Assembly (NCBI GenBank): GCA_029938235.1 | Contig: JAOZVH010000001.1 | Span: 1-45,276 of the forward strand | DNA: 45,276 nt | Source of the DNA: Bacteroidales bacterium | GTDB taxonomy: Bacteria > Bacteroidota > Bacteroidia > Bacteroidales > 4572-128 | Reading direction: 5' to 3' | In this document: positions 24,730 to 35,030 of the stretch, in pieces | Position numbering within the stretch: position 1 is the stretch's first letter | Layout of the letters: each line of letters begins with the position of its first letter | Position numbers and translations under genes: made by a program | The notes under the pieces: model-generated | Seen by the model: only the letters and a program-made list of their open reading frames with translations | Told to the model about the DNA's origin: nothing | Database searches by the model: none

Positions 24730-25809
24730 TTAATTATCAATTAATTTAATAAATTCTTTAAAATTTTTTTTTGCATCAAATTTTGAAATAACTCTATTTT
24801 TTCCATTTTTTCCAAAATCTTTTAAAAGATTTTTATTTGAAATTAGAACTTCTATTTTTTCTGTAAAAATATCAATGTCAAATGGTTTTACGAGAAAACC
24901 TGTAACATTGTTTTTTACCACTTCCGGATTGCTGCTAATATCAAAAGCAATTACCGGTTTTTCTAAAATCATACTTTCTGCAAGAACATAACCAAAACCT
25001 TCCCACAAAGAAGTCAATAAAAAAATATCTATATTTTGAATAAAAGATTTTACATCTTCAACAAAACCAAGAAAAATAATTTCTTTTTCTAAGCCATTTT
25101 CTTTTGAATAATTTTTTAATTCTTTTTCTAACTCTCCGCTTCCAGCTATTAAAATTTTAAATTTTATATTTTTTGATTTTAGTTTTTTTGCAATTTCTAT
25201 CAAATATTTTTGTCCTTTTTGTTTTGTTAATCTTCCTATATTTCCTAAAATAATTTCATCGTCCTTTTTTTTATAAAAAATTTTAAAATTACTTCTTTCA
25301 TAATTTTCTAAATTTAAACCATTATAAATTACAGTAAATTTATTTTTATCCGCTAAATTATGATTTTTTTCTAAAAATTTATTTTTCGTTTCATAAGAAT
25401 TTACAAGAATTTTATCTACTATCTTTCTGAAAAGAAACCTATTTAAAAATGAATTTTTTACCGGAAGAGCAGTTCCTCTTCTATAAATAATGCTTTTTAC
25501 TTTCGCCAATTTAGCGGCAATCCCAACCACTTTTACATCAGCAGGTAGATTTAAAATTACAATTTTTACATTATTTCTTTTCAAGAAATTTTTTATTTCT
25601 ATTATTTTAATAATATTTAAAAAACTTAAATTAGATATTTTAAATGTAAAAACTTTTATGTTTACAGATTTTAATTTTAAAAATAATTCGCTATTTTCAT
25701 TAGTTGCAACAATTGTTGCAATTTTTTTTTTTTGCAAATTTATTGCAGTTTCATAATGCCATTTTTCACCACCTCCCCAATCTTTATTACTATTAAATAA
25801 ACAAACCAT
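24730..25809 (-). CDS. Glycosyltransferase family 4 (GT-B fold)
   Basis: 359-aa ORF with GGGEKWHYE at the N-terminus and TSLWEGFGYVLAESMILEKPVIAFDISSNPEVV in the C-terminal domain. Confidence 0.85.
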   Translation of the reverse strand: MVCLFNSNKDWGGGEKWHYETAINLQKKKIATIVATNENSELFLKLKSVNIKVFTFKISNLSFLNIIKIIEIKNFLKRNNVKIVILNLPADVKVVGIAAKLAKVKSIIYRRGTALPVKNSFLNRFLFRKIVDKILVNSYETKNKFLEKNHNLADKNKFTVIYNGLNLENYERSNFKIFYKKKDDEIILGNIGRLTKQKGQKYLIEIAKKLKSKNIKFKILIAGSGELEKELKNYSKENGLEKEIIFLGFVEDVKSFIQNIDIFLLTSLWEGFGYVLAESMILEKPVIAFDISSNPEVVKNNVTGFLVKPFDIDIFTEKIEVLISNKNLLKDFGKNGKNRVISKFDAKKNFKEFIKLIDN

Positions 25810-25814
25810 AATAT

Positions 25815-25950
25815 AAAATTTATTGAAAAAAAAATTTTTTTCAAAAAACGTTTAAATTTTTTAATTTTAAATTTGTTTTTTATTTTTAATAAATTAAAAA
25901 ACATTAAAATTTTGGTCATTTTTTGAAAAAAAATTTTTTCATTTTAATAA
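25815..25950. repeat. Head-to-head pair of intergenic AT repeat units
   Basis: TTTTTTTCAAAAAACGTTTAAATTTTTTAAT has its core near 25849. It faces CATTAAAATTTTGGTCATTTTTTGAAAAAAAA, whose core is near 25915. Confidence 0.75.
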
Positions 25951-26001
25951 TTTTTTTAATTTTGGAATTTAAAAATTTAAATTAATTCAAAAATTAATAA
26001 A

Positions 26002-29000
26002 ATGAAAAAACTTTTTTTATTAAATGTCTTATTTTTTTTAACTTTTGCTTTTTTTTTATCAGCAGAAGAAAAAAATAAAACTTTTACAAAATCAATAAAT
26101 TCAGAAATAACGATTTCTGTAGAAAATTTGGATTTTGGAATTGTTAAAGTTGGTGAAACAAAATCTCTAACAGCTATTATTTCAAGTACTTCTGCGACAG
26201 ATATTATTATAGAAAGTATTGAAGTCTACGCACCTTTTTCTTGTGATTATTCCGGAACAATTTCTTCTGGTGAACTTGTAACTATAGATATTAATTTTTC
26301 GCCAACAACTGTAGGCGAACATATATCAGAATTAAAAGTTTTGCCTTTTGCAGATGGAGACCCAATTATTAATTTAAATGGTTTTTCTTATGCAGAAAAT
26401 TATTTATATCAAGATTTTGAAGATTATGGTTTTCCTTATGATGGTTGGAATTTAAATGGAGAAATAGCTAATTGGTCAAGGACTTATAGTTATTTAGATG
26501 ATGGATATAATCTTAATTTATATTCTGGATATAATTTTGACATTGATATTAGCTCAGAATTTATTACTCCTAAACTTGCAATTACAAATCAAGATAATAT
26601 AACTTTTGATGCAAGAGTAACTAACTCTGACGAAAACTCACCTCACATAAATGTAAAATATGCAACAGAAATCGGAGGAACTTACACATTGTTAAATACT
26701 TTTTATTTGTTAGAAGATTATCAAACATTTGAAGTTGATTTTTCTGAAATAGAAGATGGAAATTATTATATAATTTTCGAAGGTGTTATGAATACTTCAA
26801 ATTATTTGGATATTTATTTAGATAATATTACTATGCCTGAGTATGTTTATGATGAAATTCCAGAAAGTACAACTTATATTTCCCCGGAAAATGAAGAAAC
26901 AAACACATCAATTACAGAAATTAATTTTTCTTGGAACTCTGTTTTTTCTGCTTTTGCTTATAAATTTTATCTCGGAACGAATGAAAATCCTGAAATTACA
27001 GATTTTGTAGATTTAGAAAATGAAACTTCTTATTTATCAAGTGAAATTTTGGAATATTCAACAACTTATTATTGGTCTGTTATTCCTAATAATGAAAACG
27101 GAGATGCTGAAAATTGTCCAATTTTTTCATTTACAACTATGGACGACCCTACTTTAATTCCACCAATTTTAGAAGAATTTTCTTCTGTACCACCTACAAA
27201 TTGGATACTAAAACAAGGACTTTTAACAGAAAATACACAATTATCTGAGATGAATTATAGTACATGGACTTCTGATGGTTTTTTAAATGATGGTTATTCT
27301 GGAGCAGCAAGGATAAATATTTATGGGACAAATAAAAATGATTGGATAATAAGTCCGCCTATAAATTTAGAAAATAATGGAAATTATCGCATAGAATTTG
27401 ATTTAGGATTAATTAGTAATAACAATGAGACTGATTTTTTTAGTGAAGATGATAAATTCGCTTTGATTATTTCTACAGATAACGGTCAAACTTGGAATCA
27501 AAATAATGTTATAAGAATGTGGGATAACGAAGATGAAATTTCTAACGAAGGAGAAAATATTGTAATTAATATTACAGAATACACAGGGGTGGTAAAAGTT
27601 GCTTTTTATGTAGAAAGTACAATAAATAATTCTAATTTAGATTTATTTGTTGATAATTTTATAGTAAAAGAAATTCCTGCAACGCCAGTTCTTAAAATTT
27701 TAAATGACAGCATAAATTTTGAAAATTTAACTATAAATGAAATCGCTGTTCCGAAAGTTGCTGCTTTTAAAAATAACGGTATTGGAACATTAATTATTGA
27801 TAGTGTAGTTTTAGAAAGCGAAAATGAATTTTCTTTATTAGAAAATGAAAATGTTTTTCCTGTAAATTTAATTACAGAAGAAGAAGCTTATACAACTATT
27901 TATTTTCAGCCAATTACAGATGGATTAAAAACTGCTGATTTAATTATTTATAGTGATTATGGAAATGATACTGTAAAACTTTATGGTACAGGAATAGATC
28001 CAGTTTTATATCCAGATACTTTGATAACTTTTGACGAATTTCCAATGGATAATTGGCAATTAAAAAATGGAATTTTAAATGACCCAATGATATTTGAAGA
28101 AAATCTTACAAGTCCTTATTGGGTTGCTGACGGTTTTGCAAATGAAGGATATTCTGGAAGTATGAAATTAAATATCTGGGGTACAAATTGTAAAGCTTGG
28201 GCAATTTCGCCAACGATAGATTTAGGAGACGGAAATACAATATATAATTTAGAATTTGATTTGGCTTTGACACATTTTGCCAATACAAATCAAGATGAAT
28301 TAGGAGCAGATGACAATCTAATTTTATTTATTTCTACAGACAACGGTGAAACTTGGAATCAAAATAATGCTTTAAAATCTTGGGGAAGCCAAACTCAAAT
28401 TTCTAACACAGGAGAACATCATCTTATAAATCTTAGTGAATATACTGGAAATGTAAAAGTTGCTTTCTATGGAGAATCGACATTATCTAACGAAGATAAT
28501 GATATTTTTATTGATAATTTTGAAATCAAAGAAGCAAGTTTAGAACCAATAATTTCTGTAAATATGAACGAGATAAATTTCAATTTAATTGAAAATGGAA
28601 ACTCTGATACTTTGGAAATTACAATTTCTAATAATGGAGTTTCAGAACTCGTAATCGGAGAAATAAATTTAGATATACCTTTTTACTGTAATACAGAAAC
28701 ATTAATATTGCAATCTTTTCAAGATACAATTATAGAAATTATTTTTTCACCATCGGAAGTAGGAAATTTTTCCAGTGATTTAACATTTGTTTCAAATGCA
28801 GAAAACTCTGTTAATGTTATTTTAAATGCTTCTGCTTTTCAAGCAGGTTTAGTTTTGCAAGATTTTGAAAATGAAGAATTTCCTCCGGCAGGTTGGGCGA
28901 TGACTTCCGGATGGATAAGAAATATTTATACAACTCATATTTATGAAGGTTCTGGATCAGCGAGAGTTGAAGGAGATAATGAAAGTTGGTTATTTTCTCC

Positions 29001-31368
29001 AAAATTACAAATTTCCGAAGGCGATATGTTAACATTTTATTATAAAACAGAAAATGTAAATTATCCGTCTGGTTTAGAAATTAGAATGGCAAGTGGTAAT
29101 TCTTCGCAAACGGATACTAATTCTTATACAGAGACATTAGAAATTTTAAATATTGATACTGTTGAAAATACAGAATGGTTGCAGGCTACTTATACTTTTG
29201 AAAATTTAAGTGGAGATAAATTTTATTTAGCATTTCATAGAAGTTGGCAAACAGCAACAAATTGGTATCTTTATATAGATAATGTCTTTCATCCGGCTCT
29301 TGTTGAAAATGAAGCACCAGACCAAGCAACTAATCCAAGTCCAGAAAATAATAATACAAATGTAAATATTGATTTGGAAGAACTAAGTTGGAATTCACCT
29401 TTAAATACGACCTCTTACAAAGTTTATTTTGGCACAAATGAAAATCCAGAAACAACAGATTTTATAGATACAGAAAGTGATATTACATCTTTTTCTTTAA
29501 CTGATGAAATTTTAGAATATTCAACGACTTATTATTGGTCTGTTATTCCAATTAATGAAATTGGAGATTCTGAAAATTGTCCAATTTGGTCATTTACAAC
29601 TGTGGACGATCCTATTTTAATTCCAAATTTAATAGAAGATTTTGAAAATCCTTCTTTTGCTCCGATAAACTGGACAGAAAGTGCTGGATTTTTAGCCGAT
29701 GAAGTTATTTTTACATCTACTACTTATTCCGGATGGATAGCTGATGATTTTGCAAATATTTCTGAAAATTCTACATCTGCAAAATTAAATATTTATGGAA
29801 CATCAAAAAAAGACTGGTTAATTACTCCACCAATAAATATTGGAAATGGTGATACTTCAACTTATATTTTAGAATTTGATTTAGCTTTAACTGAGTTTGA
29901 TAATGCTAATTCTTCTTCTTTTGATGAAGATGATAAATTTGCTGTTTTAATTTCTACGGATAATGGAGAAACCTGGAGTCAAAATAATGTTTTAAGAATG
30001 TGGACAAATGAAGATGAAATTTCTAACGAAAGTGAACATATTACAATAGATATTTCTCAATATTCTGGAATAGTAAAATTTGCTTTCTATGGCGAAAGTA
30101 CAGAAAGTGGTGTAGATAATGATATATTTGTTGATAATTTTGAAGTTAAAAAAGTAAATTGTGAAAACTTCTCTGTTGAACTTGGTGAAAATCAAGAATA
30201 TTGTTTTGGGACGAATTTAAATTATTTAATTTCTGTTGAAAATAATTTCCAAACTTATGTGTGGTCTGAAAACGGTAATATTTTAGATGATAATGATAAT
30301 GAAATAGATGGAATTACAGAAATTGGAACTCATATTTATTCTTTAAATGTTACTGATGAATTTAATTGTGAAGCTACAGATGAAATTCAAATTACAATTA
30401 ACGAATTACCTACATTAAATTTGGGAGATGAGCAAACACATTGTGCAGGAACAGAATATAATATTTCTGTTGAAAATAATTTCCAAACTTATGTATGGTA
30501 TGAAGATGGAAATGTGTTATCTGAAACAACGAATGAAATAAATGGAAATACACAAGCAGGAAATTATATTTATTCTTTGATGGTTACAGATGAGAATAAT
30601 TGTCAAAATGCCGATGATGTTAATATTTTAATTAATGAATCTCCAGAATTAGAACTTGGTGAAAATCAAGAATTTTGTCAAGCAGAACAGGCATATATTT
30701 TAAATGTTTCTAATTCTTTTGAAACTTATGAATGGTCAGAAAATGGAACTATTTTAACAGATACTGATAACGAAATAAATATAAATTCTGAAACTGGAAC
30801 TTATACTTATTCTTTGACGGTAACTAATGAGTTTTGTTCAAAAACTGATGAATTACAAATTACAATTAATGAAAATCCAATTTTAGATTTAGGAGATGAT
30901 ATTTTAGATTACGAAGGAGAAAATATTGAATTAAATGCAAATCCTGAAAATGATAATTCTATAATTTCTTATTTATGGAATGATAATTCTACAGAGCAAA
31001 CATTAAATATTACTGAAAATGGAACTTATTCTGTTACAATTACAAATGAAAATAGCTGTGAAGGAAGCGACGAAATTATAATTACTTTTGACGTTGGTAT
31101 TTCTGAAATTAAGAAAAATAATATTTTTGAGATTTTCCCAAATCCTGCAAAAAATGAAGTTAATTTTATAATTAAAAATGAAATAATTTTTGAGAATTGC
31201 AATATTTCAATAGTTGATTTACAAGGTAAAATTTTGTTTAATGAAAATATTGAAAGAAATATTTATAAAAAACAAATTGATATTTCTAATTTTGAAAAAG
31301 GTGTTTATTTTATAAAATTTAATTATGATAATAATTTTGAATATAAAAAGTTTATTATAATTAAATAA
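26002..31368 (+). CDS. Giant modular T9SS-secreted surface protein (Ig-like, Fn3-like and choice-of-anchor-J/MAM-like modules, four tandem Cys-containing repeats, C-terminal T9SS sorting domain)
   Basis: 1788-aa ORF with a signal peptide (MKKLFLLNVLFFLTFAFFLSAEE). The C-terminal ~75 aa look like a Por secretion tail (IFPNPAKNEVNF...LQGKILF...GVYFIKF). Repeated module sets are detailed in the findings. Confidence 0.9.
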   Translation: MKKLFLLNVLFFLTFAFFLSAEEKNKTFTKSINSEITISVENLDFGIVKVGETKSLTAIISSTSATDIIIESIEVYAPFSCDYSGTISSGELVTIDINFSPTTVGEHISELKVLPFADGDPIINLNGFSYAENYLYQDFEDYGFPYDGWNLNGEIANWSRTYSYLDDGYNLNLYSGYNFDIDISSEFITPKLAITNQDNITFDARVTNSDENSPHINVKYATEIGGTYTLLNTFYLLEDYQTFEVDFSEIEDGNYYIIFEGVMNTSNYLDIYLDNITMPEYVYDEIPESTTYISPENEETNTSITEINFSWNSVFSAFAYKFYLGTNENPEITDFVDLENETSYLSSEILEYSTTYYWSVIPNNENGDAENCPIFSFTTMDDPTLIPPILEEFSSVPPTNWILKQGLLTENTQLSEMNYSTWTSDGFLNDGYSGAARINIYGTNKNDWIISPPINLENNGNYRIEFDLGLISNNNETDFFSEDDKFALIISTDNGQTWNQNNVIRMWDNEDEISNEGENIVINITEYTGVVKVAFYVESTINNSNLDLFVDNFIVKEIPATPVLKILNDSINFENLTINEIAVPKVAAFKNNGIGTLIIDSVVLESENEFSLLENENVFPVNLITEEEAYTTIYFQPITDGLKTADLIIYSDYGNDTVKLYGTGIDPVLYPDTLITFDEFPMDNWQLKNGILNDPMIFEENLTSPYWVADGFANEGYSGSMKLNIWGTNCKAWAISPTIDLGDGNTIYNLEFDLALTHFANTNQDELGADDNLILFISTDNGETWNQNNALKSWGSQTQISNTGEHHLINLSEYTGNVKVAFYGESTLSNEDNDIFIDNFEIKEASLEPIISVNMNEINFNLIENGNSDTLEITISNNGVSELVIGEINLDIPFYCNTETLILQSFQDTIIEIIFSPSEVGNFSSDLTFVSNAENSVNVILNASAFQAGLVLQDFENEEFPPAGWAMTSGWIRNIYTTHIYEGSGSARVEGDNESWLFSPKLQISEGDMLTFYYKTENVNYPSGLEIRMASGNSSQTDTNSYTETLEILNIDTVENTEWLQATYTFENLSGDKFYLAFHRSWQTATNWYLYIDNVFHPALVENEAPDQATNPSPENNNTNVNIDLEELSWNSPLNTTSYKVYFGTNENPETTDFIDTESDITSFSLTDEILEYSTTYYWSVIPINEIGDSENCPIWSFTTVDDPILIPNLIEDFENPSFAPINWTESAGFLADEVIFTSTTYSGWIADDFANISENSTSAKLNIYGTSKKDWLITPPINIGNGDTSTYILEFDLALTEFDNANSSSFDEDDKFAVLISTDNGETWSQNNVLRMWTNEDEISNESEHITIDISQYSGIVKFAFYGESTESGVDNDIFVDNFEVKKVNCENFSVELGENQEYCFGTNLNYLISVENNFQTYVWSENGNILDDNDNEIDGITEIGTHIYSLNVTDEFNCEATDEIQITINELPTLNLGDEQTHCAGTEYNISVENNFQTYVWYEDGNVLSETTNEINGNTQAGNYIYSLMVTDENNCQNADDVNILINESPELELGENQEFCQAEQAYILNVSNSFETYEWSENGTILTDTDNEININSETGTYTYSLTVTNEFCSKTDELQITINENPILDLGDDILDYEGENIELNANPENDNSIISYLWNDNSTEQTLNITENGTYSVTITNENSCEGSDEIIITFDVGISEIKKNNIFEIFPNPAKNEVNFIIKNEIIFENCNISIVDLQGKILFNENIERNIYKKQIDISNFEKGVYFIKFNYDNNFEYKKFIIIK
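30181..31092 (+). repeat. Four in-frame tandem ~78-80-aa repeats inside the T9SS protein gene
   Basis: Units start with LG(E/D)xQ at 30181, 30421, 30655 and 30889, a 234-240 nt period. Each carries NNFQTYVW-like and Y.YSL.VT(D/N)E..C motifs. Confidence 0.85.
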
Positions 31369-31386
31369 TTTATAAAATTTTAAAAT

Positions 31387-31422
31387 AAAAAAAAACGTAT
31401 AAAATTTTTATGCGTTTTTTTT
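31387..31422. terminator. Intrinsic terminator hairpin after the T9SS protein gene
   Basis: A9-CGTATAAAA / TTTTTATGCG-T8. The stem pairs 31396-31403 with 31407-31414 (one G-U pair) and is extendable through the A and T runs. It starts 19 nt after the stop at 31368 and is symmetric, so it could act bidirectionally. Confidence 0.6.
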
Positions 31423-31434
31423 ATTTTAAAATTT

Positions 31435-31705
31435 CAATATTAAAAAAATTTTTTCCAAAAAACGCCGAAATTTTACGAATTTATAAAAAAAATTTTCCAA
31501 AAAACGCCAATTTTTTACGAATTTTATAATTTATAAAAAAATTTTTCAAAAAAACATTAATTTTTTTGGTTTGTACAGGTTGAATTTTTTTTTGATAATT
31601 TCAAATCATTAAAATTTGGTCGTTTTTTGAAAAAAATTTTTTTTTGATAATTTCAAATCATTAAAATTTGGTCGTTTTTTGAAAAAAAATTTTTTTTATT
31701 AATAA
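31435..31705. repeat. Convergent block of the intergenic AT repeat family: ~3 units in CGCC orientation, then 2 units in the opposite orientation
   Basis: TTTTCCAAAAAACGCCGAAATTTTACG, TTTTCCAAAAAACGCCAATTTTTTACG and TTTTTCAAAAAAACATTAATTTTTTT come first. Two copies of GATAATTTCAAATCATTAAAATTTGGTCGTTTTTTGAAAAAAA follow. Confidence 0.85.
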
Positions 31706-31712
31706 AAAAAAT

Positions 31713-33848
31713 TTAAATTTTTATTCCCATTAATAAAATATCATCTATTTGAATTTCTTTTCCTTTCCATTTAAAAAATGTTTTTTCCAAAAAATCTTTT
31801 TGCTCACTCATTTTTTCTTTGTGAATTTTCAGTAATAATTTTTTTAATCTCCTTGTTAAAAATTTTCGTCCTTTTGTTCCTCCGAATTGGTCTGGATAAC
31901 CATCAGAAAATAAATAAATTTTATCATTTTTTTCTAAATGAATAATTTCTTTAGAAAAAGGCTTTTCTTTTGGAAAAATTCCTATTGGCATTTTATCTGC
32001 TTTATAATGATTTAATTTACCATCTCTAATTAAATAAATAGGATTATTTGCTCCGGAATATTGCATTTCATGATTTTCAAAATCTATTATACAAAGCGCT
32101 AAATCCATACCATCACTTGCTTCATTTCTTTTTCCTGTTTGATGTAGAGAATTTTTTATTTTGTTTCTCAACTCATTTAAAATTTCATCAGAGTTCAATT
32201 CAAAAATTTTATTTACTATTTCGTTCAAAGACGAAAGTCCAAGCATACTCATAAATGCTCCGGGAACCCCATGTCCTGTACAATCTGCAACCACAATAAT
32301 TATTTTATTATTTTTTTGAGTAACCCAATAAAAATCTCCGGAAACAATATCTTTTGGAAGATACAAAATGAAATTTTCACTTAAAAGACTATTTATTAAA
32401 TTTTGTGGAGATAAAATCGCTGTTTGTATTCTACTTGCATAATGTATGCTGTCAGTAATTTCTTTATTTTGTTTTAAAAGTAAATTTGTTTGCTCTGTAA
32501 TTTCATCTTTTTGAGATAAAATTTCTTCCGTTTTTTGCTCTAATTCTTGGTTCTTATATATAATTTCTTTTTTCTGTATCTCTAAAATTCTATTCGCTTT
32601 CTTTTTTTCTTTAATGTTAAAAAATAAAAAGATTGAAATAACTATCATAAATAATAATGCTACAGAAAAAGAAATTGTGAAATTTCTTAATAAAGAATAT
32701 TCTTTTTCTTGTACTTTTCTTTTTTGTTCATATTTATAAGAAACTTCCATTTGTGTGATTTTTTTATAACTTTCCTTTTGATTTAGTTCATCATCTAAAT
32801 TTTTAAATTTTAAATAATATTCATAAGCTGATTTATAATTTCTTTTATTAGATGAAGCCTTGCTCATAGATTCAAATATACTATGTTTAACTTCAACTAA
32901 ATTTAATTTTTCGGCAATTTTTAAAGATTTTTCAAAAAATTCTATTGCTTCATTATGTTTTTTTTGAATTAAATAAACTTCTCCTATATTATTGTAAGAA
33001 ATAGAAATTCCTTTTTGATAATCTATTTTTTCTTTTTCTTTTATACTTTTATGATAATACTTTATTGATTTCTCATAATCTTTTTTTTCTCTGTAAAGTT
33101 CCCCTATGTTGTTTAATATCAAAGCAGAAAATTTTATATATTTTTTTTTATGTTTAATAATTTCAAGCGCTTTTTCACAAGTTTTTAATGATTTTTCATA
33201 ATTTTTTGTGTACAGATGTATATTTCCAATATTCGCATAAATTACAATCATATCAGATGTGTCTTTTATTTCATAAGCAATTTTTAATGCTTTTTCATAA
33301 TATTCTAAGGATGCATTATAATTTTTTTGTTTTTTATGTAAAATTCCTATATTCCAATAGCTTTTTGAAATACCTTTTTTATTTTTTATTTTTTTATTTA
33401 TTTCTAAAGATTTTAAATAATATTCTAAAGATTTGACATATTCTTTTTTGCCTGATAAGGTTTTTCCTATGTTTGTGTAAGAATCAGCAATTTCTTGCTC
33501 ATCTTCTAATTCTTTTGCTATTTTTAAACTATTAGAATAATAGTTTTCTGCCTGTTGAAATAAACTTTGATGTTTATAAATATGTGCAATATTTTTATAC
33601 GCTATCATTTTACCTTTTTCAAAATCTATTTCCTTTGATAATTTCAAAGCTTTTTCCGCATATTCTAATGCTTTTTCGCTATGCCTATGTCTAAATTTAA
33701 AGGCTGAATTATTTAATGCTCTAACTCTTACAGTATCATCTATTTCATTTATTGTGTCTTTTTGTTTTTCAATACAAAAAATGAAATTTGTAGAAAATAT
33801 TATAAAAGATAAAAAAATAAAAAAAAATTTTTTTTTGAAATAAGGCAT
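31713..33848 (-). CDS. TPR-repeat, single-TM, coiled-coil, PP2C/SpoIIE-family serine phosphatase
   Basis: 711-aa ORF with a signal/anchor, ~8 TPR-like units, a TM (FTISFSVALLFMIVISIFLFF) and a coiled coil. The SpoIIE-type phosphatase motifs are SGDFYW, ADCTGHGVPGAFMS and SDGYPDQFGG. Confidence 0.8.
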   Translation of the reverse strand: MPYFKKKFFFIFLSFIIFSTNFIFCIEKQKDTINEIDDTVRVRALNNSAFKFRHRHSEKALEYAEKALKLSKEIDFEKGKMIAYKNIAHIYKHQSLFQQAENYYSNSLKIAKELEDEQEIADSYTNIGKTLSGKKEYVKSLEYYLKSLEINKKIKNKKGISKSYWNIGILHKKQKNYNASLEYYEKALKIAYEIKDTSDMIVIYANIGNIHLYTKNYEKSLKTCEKALEIIKHKKKYIKFSALILNNIGELYREKKDYEKSIKYYHKSIKEKEKIDYQKGISISYNNIGEVYLIQKKHNEAIEFFEKSLKIAEKLNLVEVKHSIFESMSKASSNKRNYKSAYEYYLKFKNLDDELNQKESYKKITQMEVSYKYEQKRKVQEKEYSLLRNFTISFSVALLFMIVISIFLFFNIKEKKKANRILEIQKKEIIYKNQELEQKTEEILSQKDEITEQTNLLLKQNKEITDSIHYASRIQTAILSPQNLINSLLSENFILYLPKDIVSGDFYWVTQKNNKIIIVVADCTGHGVPGAFMSMLGLSSLNEIVNKIFELNSDEILNELRNKIKNSLHQTGKRNEASDGMDLALCIIDFENHEMQYSGANNPIYLIRDGKLNHYKADKMPIGIFPKEKPFSKEIIHLEKNDKIYLFSDGYPDQFGGTKGRKFLTRRLKKLLLKIHKEKMSEQKDFLEKTFFKWKGKEIQIDDILLMGIKI

Positions 33849-33852
33849 TTTT

Positions 33853-34770
33853 TTAAGAAATTATATCATTAGATATTTTTAATTTTTTTTCTAAACTTAG
33901 ATTTCCATCTATCCAATTAATTTTATAATTTTGTTTTTCCATACGTCTAAACCAAGTCATTTGTCGTTTTGCAAATCTATGAATGGCAGTATTTAATTCT
34001 TCGAACATTTTATTATAAGAAATTTTTTTTAAAAGAAAAAGTGTTATAAATTTATATTCTAAACCGTAATAAATTAAATCCATAGGATCTATACCTGTTT
34101 TTAAAATAGATTGAACCTCTTCTATCATTCCTTCTTTTAATCTTTTTTCCAATCTCTTTGTAATTCGTTCTCTTCTATTTTTTCGGTCAAATTTTATTCC
34201 TATGTATTTTGCTTTTATTTCTGGATATGAAAAATCTTTTATGTCATTTCTTTGATAATAAGTTTCTATTTCTATGGCTCTAATAATTCTTTTTTTTGTA
34301 TCGCTATCACTGACATTGTGAGTTTTTTTTATACTTTTTAAAATTTCAATTAATTCATTCATTTCTTTTTCTTCCATTTCATTTCTTAATATTTCATTTT
34401 TCGGAACATAAATTAATTTAAAACCTCCCAAAACAGCTTCTATATAAAGTCCAGAACCACCAACTATTATAGGAATTTTATTTCTATTTTTTAAATCTGC
34501 AAAAACTTTTAAGAAATCTTTTTGATATCTATAAACATTATATTTTTCTCCGGCTTCTAAAATATTTATTAGGTGATAAGGAATTTGTTTATTTTTAATA
34601 TAAAAATCATCTATATCTTTTCCTGTTCCTATATCCATATTCTTATAAACTTGTCTGGAATCAGCACTGATAATTTCTGTGTCTAATTGATAAGCTAAAT
34701 TAGTCGCTAATTTTGTTTTTCCTGTTGCGGTTGCTCCAAGTACACAAATTATGTTACAATTATTTTTCAT
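33853..34770 (-). CDS. miaA: tRNA dimethylallyltransferase
   Basis: The P-loop is GATATGKTKLA, with ISADSRQVYKNMDIGTGK and GGSGLYI also present. The 305-aa length is typical. Confidence 0.92.
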   Translation of the reverse strand: MKNNCNIICVLGATATGKTKLATNLAYQLDTEIISADSRQVYKNMDIGTGKDIDDFYIKNKQIPYHLINILEAGEKYNVYRYQKDFLKVFADLKNRNKIPIIVGGSGLYIEAVLGGFKLIYVPKNEILRNEMEEKEMNELIEILKSIKKTHNVSDSDTKKRIIRAIEIETYYQRNDIKDFSYPEIKAKYIGIKFDRKNRRERITKRLEKRLKEGMIEEVQSILKTGIDPMDLIYYGLEYKFITLFLLKKISYNKMFEELNTAIHRFAKRQMTWFRRMEKQNYKINWIDGNLSLEKKLKISNDIIS

Positions 34771-34775
34771 AATTA

Positions 34776-35030
34776 TTATTTTTTGTTTTTTTTATCTTTT
34801 ACTTCTTCGAAGTCAATATATTCTCCTTTTTTAAATTTTTCCTTAAACTCTTTTTCTTTACGAGAATATTTTTTTTGATTTAGATTTTCTTCTTTTGTTT
34901 TTTGAAAATTTTTTTTCTGAAAATTTTCAAGATATTTTTTCAAAAAAAAAGGAAATAAATATCTTACAAGAACTTTTACTCCATAATAAAAAATAATAAC
35001 AAAAAGAATTAAATTAATTAATGCACTCAT
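34776..35030 (-). CDS. Small membrane protein, DUF4834-like
   Basis: 84-aa ORF with an N-terminal TM, a Lys-rich linker and a C-terminal GEYIDFEEV motif. That motif is typical of the Bacteroidota DUF4834 family, as I recall it. Confidence 0.55.
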   Translation of the reverse strand: MSALINLILFVIIFYYGVKVLVRYLFPFFLKKYLENFQKKNFQKTKEENLNQKKYSRKEKEFKEKFKKGEYIDFEEVKDKKNKK

